Positions 56,922-64,000 of a stretch of 64,000 bases of DNA are shown here, in pieces (the stretch's first letter is position 1; the number at the start of each line of letters is the position of its first letter). The stretch covers positions 1,068-65,067 of the forward strand of contig BJHK01000020.1 in NCBI GenBank assembly GCA_014192425.1, in the 5' to 3' direction. Made by a program: the position numbers and the translations under genes. The DNA is from Planctomycetia bacterium (GTDB lineage Bacteria; Planctomycetota; Planctomycetia; Pirellulales; UBA1268). The notes beneath the pieces were generated by a model. The model saw nothing but the letters and a program-made list of their open reading frames with translations, did no database searches and had not been told where the DNA came from.

Positions 56922-58277
56922 TCAAGGGGGACCCGGTCGATCGCGGCGCGCGTACCACTCGAGCAGCACCGCCTGGAGCACGCCGGCGAGTACCGACGCC
57001 ACCGCCACGCCGACGAGAACTCCCCACACGCCCAGGCCGCGTCCCGGCCCCTCCCCGAGCGCGAGCCACCAGCACAAGGGCACCATCACGACGCCGTAGG
57101 ACGCGACGTGGATCGCCGTCGGTGGCCAGACGACCTCGCGGGCACGGAGTGCCATCGACGCCACCCCCTGAAGGCCGTCGAAGAGCGTGACCGCCGCGCC
57201 GGCCGCGAGGAGGCGGGCCAGCAGCGGCGCCAGCCGGGCGCCGTCGGCCTGCCCCTCCGCATTGAGGCCGGTCACCGCCAGCCAATCCCTCGACCACCAC
57301 ACCATCACCCCCATCACCGTGCCGACGACGAGCGCCGCCACGATCCCCAGCCGTGACGCATCGGCCACCCCCTGCCGGTCCCCCCGTCCGAACCGCTCCG
57401 CGACACGGACGCTCGTGGCGCTGCCGAGGCCCACGTAGACCATGAATACCGATCCCATCATCTGCACCGTGAGGCCCCACAGCGCGCCGGCATCGATGCC
57501 GGTGAGCGTGGCGATCACGTGGGTCAGATTGAAACTCCCCCACTCGGCGACGTTGGCGAGCCCCGCTCCCAGACCGACGCCGTTCTGCCGGGCAAACTCC
57601 CCCTCGGTCGGATTCCCCCCCCAGACGAGCGCCGGCGTCGTCCGGGCCACGACCGCGAGCGCCACGAGCGCCATCCCGGTTCGCGACAGCGTCGTCGCCC
57701 AGGCGACCCCTGCAGCCCCATGATCCGGCACGAGCGCGAGATCGAGGACGAGGTTCGCCACCACGGCCGAGAACCCGATCACCGTCACCACGACCGGCCT
57801 ACGGAGGGCCTCGAGATAGGCGGCGGAGGCACTGAACAGCATCTGGGCCGGGAGGCCATAGGAGAGGATCCGTGTGCAGGTGGTGGTGGGGGTGGCGAAG
57901 CCGTCATCGAAACCGAGCCAGCGGAGGAGCGGGCCGGCGATGACGATGCAGACCGCCGCCGAAGCCACCCCGTAAAGGAGCGCTACGGCGAGCCCGCGGC
58001 GGACGATCCGGCCGGTCTCGAGATCGCGACCGGCACCGGCCAGTTCGGCGGTGAGCACCTGCACGCCGACCACGAGCCCCAGGCCGAATCCCATCGCCAC
58101 GCCGACCGGCAGGAAGGCGTTGAGGATGTGGGGGAGTTGGCCCGGCGCGTGGCGGGCGAGGACCACCGCGTCGGTGAGTCCCATGAGCATGAAACTCGCC
58201 CGTGACAGCGCCACCGGCGTCGCCAGACGCGCCAGATCGAGGACATCACGGCGGTTGAGGTAGGAAGGGAGCGGCAT
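56922..58277 (-). CDS. MATE-family multidrug/toxin efflux transporter
   Basis: 451 aa, 12-TM pattern. N-terminus LDLARLATPVALSRASFMLMGLTDAVVLAR is typical of MATE/NorM proteins. Confidence 0.85.
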   Translation of the reverse strand: MPLPSYLNRRDVLDLARLATPVALSRASFMLMGLTDAVVLARHAPGQLPHILNAFLPVGVAMGFGLGLVVGVQVLTAELAGAGRDLETGRIVRRGLAVALLYGVASAAVCIVIAGPLLRWLGFDDGFATPTTTCTRILSYGLPAQMLFSASAAYLEALRRPVVVTVIGFSAVVANLVLDLALVPDHGAAGVAWATTLSRTGMALVALAVVARTTPALVWGGNPTEGEFARQNGVGLGAGLANVAEWGSFNLTHVIATLTGIDAGALWGLTVQMMGSVFMVYVGLGSATSVRVAERFGRGDRQGVADASRLGIVAALVVGTVMGVMVWWSRDWLAVTGLNAEGQADGARLAPLLARLLAAGAAVTLFDGLQGVASMALRAREVVWPPTAIHVASYGVVMVPLCWWLALGEGPGRGLGVWGVLVGVAVASVLAGVLQAVLLEWYARRDRPGPP

Positions 58278-58340
58278 GGCAGGCTTGGCGGGCTTGAAGA
58301 CCCAGGCGGCGCCGGTCCTCCGGCGGCGGGGCCGCTCGAC

Positions 58341-58481
58341 CTACTTGCCGATCTTGTGGAGCTTCGTGTTGCTACGGACATAGAGGGCGCCGTCCGCGGC
58401 GGCAGGACTGCAGAGGATCTCGTCGGCGAGATCGAGCGTCGCCACCACCTTCCCCTGAGGATAGGTCGGCCAATGGCCCAT
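58341..58481 (-). pseudogene. C-terminal fragment of a PQQ-like beta-propeller repeat protein
   Basis: The frame reads ..GKVVATLDLADEILCSPAAADGALYVRSNTKLHKIGK*, resembling the last blade of PQQ/BamB-like propellers. Only ~46 codons are open, and the upstream part is the 117-bp repeat. Confidence 0.35.
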
Positions 58482-58572
58482 CGGCAAGCGTCGGCCTGGC
58501 GGGGCGGATCATGAGGAGCAAGATCCGGGACCGGTCGGGCTGGATACGGCCCGATTGTGGAGGTGCCTGTGA
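58456..58572. repeat. 117-bp direct repeat, copy 2 (identical to 56611-56727), followed by a degenerate ~20-nt partial copy
   Basis: 117/117 identity with copy 1. 58573-58592 (GGATAGTCCGGCCAATGGCA) imperfectly repeats the first ~20 nt of the unit. Confidence 0.95.
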
Positions 58573-58786
58573 TGGATAGTCCGGCCAATGGCACTTCCGC
58601 AACCATGTCGATAGGCATTTGAGCCGATGGGCGGCTGGTGAGGCTGGTGCCGCGTTTTCCGGCACCCGATCAGTTGCTCCCGGAACGGCTGCCCTCCCCC
58701 TGGAGTGGCATTTTTCTGCTGTCGGCGCGGAGGCTCTCCGAGTTCGGCCGCCTGGGGCTTTGGTTTTACCGCGCGTCCGGCACCGA

Positions 58787-59023
58787 TCAGAGGCTGTGAA
58801 TGTCGATAACGGGCAACTCGTCGGGCGACACCTGAACCGCTTCGCGGTCGTCATGGGCCTGCACGAGCTCGCCCCAGTCGGTGGGCGGGCCCCGGGCCGG
58901 CGAGACGGGTGGTGGCTCCAGCGGCTCGCCGAGGTGTGTCAGAATCTGCCGGATGGGCCCCGGCTCCGTGATGAACGCAATCAGCCGGATGTCGCCACCG
59001 CACCCCGGAGTGCTCGAACTCAT
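58787..59023 (-). mobile_element. IS91-family (HUH Y2) transposase C-terminal remnant
   Basis: PGCGGDIRLIAFITEPGPIRQILTHLGEPLEPPPVSPARGPP matches the characteristic C-terminal CxxCGG..(I/V)IA.I.....I..IL.HLG...PP segment of IS91-type transposases. No upstream catalytic part remains. Confidence 0.5.
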
Positions 59024-59039
59024 GACGCCCCGCCGGGCC

Positions 59040-59482
59040 GGATCGTCGAAACCTACTCCGAACGACGCGGCATCGAGATCCTCAGTTGCGCCTCCACTAC
59101 CTTCAAACGCCCGGACCTCGATCGTGCATTCGAGCCCGACGAGTCATATTACATCGCCCATGCCGACCAGATCCGTCCGAAGGACGAAGTGGATCTGCAG
59201 ATCGACCTGCCGCCCGATCTGGTGATCGAGGTCGAGATCACCTCCTCGGCGATCGCCAAGCTCAGGCTGTTCGCCGCGATGGGGGTGCCGGAGGTCTGGC
59301 GGCATGATGGCAGCCGGCTCGAGATGCTGGGTCTGGAGGCAGCCGGCTACCGGCCGCTCGCCTCGAGCCGTGGCCTGCCGGGCCTCACCGCCGAGATGAT
59401 CGATGCTGTGTTGGCCCGCCGATTCGAGCAGGGCGAGACGGCGCTGATCAAGGAATTTCGCGGGACGATTGCCGCCGGCTGA
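59040..59482 (+). pseudogene. Uma2-family (DUF820) endonuclease, N-terminally truncated
   Basis: PDESYYIA....I.....DL.IDLPPDLVIEVEITSS...KLRLFAAMGVPEVWRHD fits the Uma2 PD-(D/E)xK core. About 60 N-terminal residues are absent, and the gene abuts the IS91 remnant. Confidence 0.6.
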
Positions 59483-59838
59483 GCGGTAGGCAAACCGCGA
59501 ACCGCACGTGCCGTGAACGATCACGGCCAGCCCGTGACGGCGCACGGGCTGGCCGCTCGTGCCCGTGACCAGTCCGGGCGATTCGGCAACAAACGCGTTG
59601 CGCCGCCGGCACGACCCACCCGCTCGGAACCCTCGCCGGCCCGGATCGCCCCGCCGAGCGTCAGATCGCGATCTGGCACGGCCTTTGCGGAAGAAGAAAT
59701 CGTCGGCGTAAGTTGCCTTCTGGAGATTCCTTCGATGCATCGCGTGGGGTGTCGCTGTCGTCGCTGTCCGGCGTGTCGTGAGACATGTCGTCGCTTCGGT
59801 CGCCCGCTGCCCCGCCCCCCGCACGCACAGGAATCACC

Positions 59839-61380
59839 ATGTTGGCATCACGCCTCGCCCGACCCGCCGGCCGCCCGTCGCTCGCCACGCTGATCGCCGC
59901 CGCTCTCTCGGTCGCCACCGGCGCACCCCTGGCACCGCTCTCGACTACTCCGGCGCGGGCAGAGTCGATCGTCGGCGGGGCGGCGCCCGCACAGCCTGCG
60001 GCCATCCGGGCCGTGGCCCGCGAGGCGTATGTCTGGGGCTGGCCAATGGCCTACGTGCACCAGTGCCGCGCGCGCGTCGCGCTCGTGCCGGCCGCCGGCA
60101 AGAGCGGCGGGCTGCCGGTCGCGCCGCTCAACGAACTGGCGATGCTCACCGACCAGATCGCGCCGCGGACGACGGTCGTGCCGTGCCCCAACCGCGACGT
60201 GCTCTACGGCTTCGGAGTGTTCGACCTCGCCGCCACGCCGGTCGTCGTGCAGGTGCCCGATTTCGCCGAGAGGTTCTGGCTTTACCAGCTCGGCGACCAG
60301 CGCACCGACGGCTTCGCGGCGCTGGGAAGCATGCACGGCACCCGGCCCGGCTGCTACCTCGTGGTCGGCCCCGGCTGGGCGGGCGCCGCGCCCCCCGGCA
60401 TCGCCGGCGTGGTGCGGTCGCCGACCCGCCATGCCTACTGCATTCCGCGGGTGTTTTTCACGGCCGCGGAGGGAGACCGGGCCGCGGCCGTCGCGGCCGC
60501 CGCGGGCGTGATGGCCTACCCGCTTGCCGAGTTCACCGGCGGCCCGCGGCACCGCGATTGGTCGAAGCTCCGCTGGCTGCCGAGCCTGTCGCGCGACGCG
60601 GGTGGCGTCGCCCCCGAGCGGTTCCTCGAGATCCTTCCCACGCTGCTCGACGACGTGCCGCCGCTGCCCGGCGAGGAGCCGCTCTATGCCCGGCTGCGCG
60701 GGCTGGTGGCGGCGATCTCGGCCGATCCCGCCCTGGCCGCCATGGCCACCACGGCGGTGCACGAGGCCGAGCGCGAGATCGTCGCGCCCCTCTTCGAGTT
60801 TCGCAACGTCGGCATCCGGCTGCCCGCCGGCTGGACCACCGTTGTCAACGGGGCGGCCTTCGGCACCGACTACCTCACCCGCACGGCGGTTGCCCGGTCG
60901 AACGTGTTCGTGAATCGCCACCACGAGACGAAGTATTACTACCTCGACGTCGATGCCACCGGCCACCGGCTCGACGGACGCCAGCGCTACGCGATCACGT
61001 TTCCGCCAGGACGGCTCCCGCCGGCGGCCGGCTTCTGGTCGCTCACGGCCTACGACGCGCGGCACGCGCTCCCGGCCGACTCGACCGCGCGGCACGCGAT
61101 CGGCTCGCGCGACACGGCCCTCGAGTTCGCCGCCGACGGATCGCTCACGATCCTCGTCGAGCCGGCGGGCTCAGCCTCGGCAGCGAGCGCGGCACCCAAC
61201 CGGATCACGGCGCCGGAGGGGCCGTTTTCGCTCTACCTCCGGCTCTACGCCCCAGAGGAGATCGCCCTCCAAGGCGGCTGGACCCCGCCCTCAGTCGTGC
61301 CGTCGCATACGCTGGCTTCCCGTGCTCCGTCGTGGCGTCGTGTCGACGGACGCCGTGGGGGCGGCGGGCGACTGCGCTAG
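59839..61380 (+). CDS. DUF1254/DUF1214 domain protein, secreted
   Basis: ATG at 59839. Signal/Tat-like RPSLATLIAAALSVATGAP. AREAYVWGWPMAYV (DUF1254), FWSLTAYD...SLYLRLYAP (DUF1214). Confidence 0.8.
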   Translation: MLASRLARPAGRPSLATLIAAALSVATGAPLAPLSTTPARAESIVGGAAPAQPAAIRAVAREAYVWGWPMAYVHQCRARVALVPAAGKSGGLPVAPLNELAMLTDQIAPRTTVVPCPNRDVLYGFGVFDLAATPVVVQVPDFAERFWLYQLGDQRTDGFAALGSMHGTRPGCYLVVGPGWAGAAPPGIAGVVRSPTRHAYCIPRVFFTAAEGDRAAAVAAAAGVMAYPLAEFTGGPRHRDWSKLRWLPSLSRDAGGVAPERFLEILPTLLDDVPPLPGEEPLYARLRGLVAAISADPALAAMATTAVHEAEREIVAPLFEFRNVGIRLPAGWTTVVNGAAFGTDYLTRTAVARSNVFVNRHHETKYYYLDVDATGHRLDGRQRYAITFPPGRLPPAAGFWSLTAYDARHALPADSTARHAIGSRDTALEFAADGSLTILVEPAGSASAASAAPNRITAPEGPFSLYLRLYAPEEIALQGGWTPPSVVPSHTLASRAPSWRRVDGRRGGGGRLR

Positions 61381-61442
61381 GCGGCCGCAAAACCTCACGG
61401 GTCGGTCGGGCACGGCTTTTGCAAACTGTGAACCGATGAGGA

Positions 61443-62294
61443 ATGTTCCCGGCGAAAGGCACTGCTCCGATGGCATGGATTCCGATTCCAGGCGTCGATC
61501 CGCGGATCAAGGGCCGCTGGATCAACCTCTCACCGCAGCGCCGGTTCGTATGCGATCTGCTGCACTTCGCCCGCGCCGTCCCGAGCGTGCCGACGCAGCG
61601 GCGGATGCAGCTGGCCGACCTGATCGAGGCCCGGGGCCGCCGGCCTGACCGGATCAGTTGGTGCGCCATCTTCATCAAAGCGTTCGGCATCGTCGCGGCC
61701 GCACGGCCCGAGCTCCGCCGCGCATATCTGCCGCTCATCTGGCCGCATCTCTACGAGCACCCGATCAACGTGGCGAGTTTCAGCCTCGAGCGAACCTACC
61801 GCGGCGAGCCCGGCGTGTTCTTCGCGCGGATCGCCCGGCCCGAGGAGCACTCGCTGCGCGAGCTCGACGCCCTCGTCAGGCACTACCAGCGGGCGGCTGT
61901 GGAGACGGTGCCCACCTTTACCCAGGCCCTGTGGATCAGCCGCCTGCCGCGGCCGCTGCGGCGGCTGGTGTGGGCCATCGGCCTCTATTCCGACGGCGCC
62001 TGCCGCGGGCACTTCTTCGGCACGTTCGGGATCAGCGTGGTGGGCTCGCTCGGCGCGGCGGGGCTGCACATCCTCTCGCCGCTGACGACGACGCTGAACT
62101 ACGGCACGTTCGCCGACGACGGGGCGCTGGATGTGCGGCTGACCTACGACCACCGCGTGCTCGACGGCGCCCCGGCGGCCCGGGCGCTCACGGAGCTCGA
62201 GGACGTGCTGCATGGCGAGATCCGCCGCGAGCTGCTCGACCTGGCGGCAGAGTCGGAGCCCGTCGATGGCCTCGTCGCAGAACAGGTGGCCTAG
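61443..62294 (+). CDS. Stand-alone 2-oxoacid dehydrogenase E2-type (CAT-like) acyltransferase catalytic domain protein
   Basis: Catalytic motif LTYDHRVLDGAPAARAL (DHRxxDG). 283 aa with no lipoyl or subunit-binding domains. Confidence 0.7.
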   Translation: MFPAKGTAPMAWIPIPGVDPRIKGRWINLSPQRRFVCDLLHFARAVPSVPTQRRMQLADLIEARGRRPDRISWCAIFIKAFGIVAAARPELRRAYLPLIWPHLYEHPINVASFSLERTYRGEPGVFFARIARPEEHSLRELDALVRHYQRAAVETVPTFTQALWISRLPRPLRRLVWAIGLYSDGACRGHFFGTFGISVVGSLGAAGLHILSPLTTTLNYGTFADDGALDVRLTYDHRVLDGAPAARALTELEDVLHGEIRRELLDLAAESEPVDGLVAEQVA

Positions 62295-62296
62295 CC

Positions 62297-63697
62297 ATGG
62301 GGCTCGTGCATGCGCTGCGCTTCGCGTCGCGGACCGACCGGCTGGGGAAGGTGGCCCGCTGGTCCGACGCCCGCCGCGACCGGCTGGCCCGGCGTCGGCT
62401 GCGGCGGCTGGTGGCGTTCGCAGTGGCGCGGTCGCCGTTCTATCGCCGGCTGTATCAGGGCATCGACCTGCGGCGGTCGCGCCTCGAGAATCTCCCGCCC
62501 GTCACGAAAGAGATGCTGCGGGAGCACTTCGATGCTGTGCTCACCGACCCTCTCGTGCGCTACGACGACCTCACCGACTTCGTGCGCTATCCGGCCAACC
62601 TCGGCAAGTGGTACCGGGGCCGGTATGCGGTGAGCCACACTTCGGGCAGCCAGGGGCCGCCGCTGTTCGTCGTGCAGGATCGGGCCGCGATCGAGCTGCT
62701 CTTCAGCCTGATGAGCGCGCGGGCCAATGCCGGCACGAAGCCCGGTCCGCTCGAAGGGCTCCGCCGGCTCCGCGAGCCGGCCCGCGTGGCCGTGGTCGCG
62801 CTGCACCGCGGCTTCTATCCCTCGGCTGCGGCGTTTGAGTTCATGGCCGCGGAGACGGCGCCGTTCACGAGCGTGCGCTGGTTCTCCGTCGCCGATCCCG
62901 ACCTCGTGCCGCGGCTGGCCGACTTTCAGCCCCATTCGCTCGTCGCCTACGCGAGCGTGCTCGAGGGCCTCGCGCTCGAGGCGGATCAGCTCGGGTTGCG
63001 AAACCTGCGGCAGATCGCCAACAGCAGCGAGCAGCTCACGCCGCGGGCCCGGCGGCGGATCGAGGCGGCCTTCGGTGTGACGGTGATGGACCATTACGGC
63101 ACGGGCGAATGCCTGTTTCTCTCCGACGGCTGCCCGAGCGACGGCGGGGCCCACGTGAACGCCGACTGGTCGATCCTCGAAAACGTCGATGACGATCACC
63201 GGCCGGTACCGCCCGGGCAGCCCGGCCGGAAGGTGCTCGTGACGAATCTCGCCAACCGCATCCAACCGTTCATCCGCTACGAGGTTCCCGATCGTGTCGT
63301 GATGGCCACGGAGCCCTGCCGCTGCGGCAGCCGCCTGCCGCGGATCTCGCGGATCGAGGGCCGCTCGGCGGAGGCCTTCTGGGTCACGGGCGCCGATGGC
63401 CGGCAGCGGCCGCTGCCGGGTGTGCTCTTCCACGACGCGATCGACCACCTGGCGCAGGTGCGCGAGTGGCGGGCCACGCAGACGGAGGCCGACCGGATCC
63501 GGCTCGAGCTCGAGTTTCTGCCCGGGGGCCGCGGCGACGTCGACGTGCCGGCGCTCGTGGCGCGGCTGAGGGCGAACGGCCTGCCGGAGCGGGTGCGGGT
63601 CGACGTCGAGCCCGCGCACGGCCTCGCGCCCGATCCACGGACGGGCAAATTCCGCCGCGTGATCACGCACATGCAGCCGGCCGGGCCGCTGTCGTGA
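62297..63697 (+). CDS. PaaK/CapK/F390-synthetase-like adenylate-forming ligase
   Basis: ATG lies 2 nt after the upstream stop. SPFYRRLY...L..LP.VTKEML N-terminus. AMP motif SHTSGSQGPP, YGTGEC, C-terminal ..GKFRRV. 466 aa. Confidence 0.75.
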   Translation: MGLVHALRFASRTDRLGKVARWSDARRDRLARRRLRRLVAFAVARSPFYRRLYQGIDLRRSRLENLPPVTKEMLREHFDAVLTDPLVRYDDLTDFVRYPANLGKWYRGRYAVSHTSGSQGPPLFVVQDRAAIELLFSLMSARANAGTKPGPLEGLRRLREPARVAVVALHRGFYPSAAAFEFMAAETAPFTSVRWFSVADPDLVPRLADFQPHSLVAYASVLEGLALEADQLGLRNLRQIANSSEQLTPRARRRIEAAFGVTVMDHYGTGECLFLSDGCPSDGGAHVNADWSILENVDDDHRPVPPGQPGRKVLVTNLANRIQPFIRYEVPDRVVMATEPCRCGSRLPRISRIEGRSAEAFWVTGADGRQRPLPGVLFHDAIDHLAQVREWRATQTEADRIRLELEFLPGGRGDVDVPALVARLRANGLPERVRVDVEPAHGLAPDPRTGKFRRVITHMQPAGPLS

Positions 63698-63722
63698 GCA
63701 GGCCGGCACTCGCACTCGCGTG

Positions 63723-64000
63723 CTACAGCCCGAAGTCTTCCTCGACGGTGCCGCCGGGCATGCCGATCAATTGATAGAGCGGCGTGGAGAGATACCGCTC
63801 GCCGGTGCTGCAGGCAAACGTGACGATCGTCTTGCCGGCGTTTTCCGGCCGCGCCGCGAGACGCTGCGCCACGGCGACGTTCGCCCCGGTGCTCACGCCC
63901 ACGAGCAGGCCCTCCTCGCGGGCCAGCCGCCGGGCCCAGTCCATCGCCTCGGCCGTGGTCACCGTCTCGATCGCATCGACGACGGCGCGGTCGAGATTCT
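63723..64000 (-). CDS. cysK: Cysteine synthase A (O-acetylserine sulfhydrylase), C-terminal part; continues beyond the window
   Basis: ..[59 protein letters not shown] matches the CysK C-terminus. The frame stays open to the window edge. Confidence 0.8.
   Translation of the reverse strand, partial: NLDRAVVDAIETVTTAEAMDWARRLAREEGLLVGVSTGANVAVAQRLAARPENAGKTIVTFACSTGERYLSTPLYQLIGMPGGTVEEDFGL

Noticed and set aside
56611-58572. DGR template/variable repeat pair, or IS terminal inverted repeats
   Set aside because: The copies are 100% identical (no A-specific mutagenesis) and direct rather than inverted. No reverse transcriptase or intact transposase lies between them.

Overview
Visibly GC-rich chromosomal segment with strong Planctomycetota (Pirellulales-like) signatures: two tandem PSCyt/DUF1549/DUF1553 + DUF1501 gene pairs, a YTV-repeat/cysteine-rich protein, DUF1080 and DUF1570 proteins, and a planctomycete-type ECF sigma/anti-sigma pair. 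I support about 55 protein-coding genes or gene remnants and one tRNA-Ser(GCU). I found no rRNA and no CRISPR array. Recognisable modules in order: (1) a degraded mobile patch next to tRNA-Ser; (2) an Anbu proteasome-like peptidase facing an ATP-grasp/alpha-E/transglutaminase operon; (3) two PSCyt-DUF1553/DUF1501 pairs; (4) vapBC; (5) copA, birA, rlmM; (6) aminotransferase, mobA, a 1317-aa AsmA/TamB-like protein; (7) an EVE-bioF-DUF1080-FMO operon; (8) a GT4/unknown/GH130 operon, then an orphan csrA and a GH63 hydrolase; (9) a decayed zone with two methyltransferases and a gldA remnant; (10) chaA, rarD, the YTV protein; (11) a five-gene ECF sigma operon; (12) ppm-like GT2 and lutABC; (13) a MATE efflux gene bracketed by perfect 117-bp direct repeats beside an IS91 remnant and a truncated Uma2 gene; (14) DUF1254/DUF1214, then a stand-alone E2-like acyltransferase plus a PaaK-like ligase; (15) a partial cysK. 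Nothing here matches a known defence or CRISPR-type system. The signals most worth a second look are: an 8-copy 16/17-nt tandem array fused to a terminator upstream of rlmM; a strongly SD-led 20-codon poly-Lys micro-ORF next to it; the 117-bp repeats around the MATE gene; the orphan csrA inside a glycoside-metabolism cluster; and the acyltransferase/ligase pair. Many long ORFs in the six-frame track are antisense or out-of-frame shadows typical of GC-rich DNA and were not called. All family assignments come from motif recognition by eye, not from database searches.
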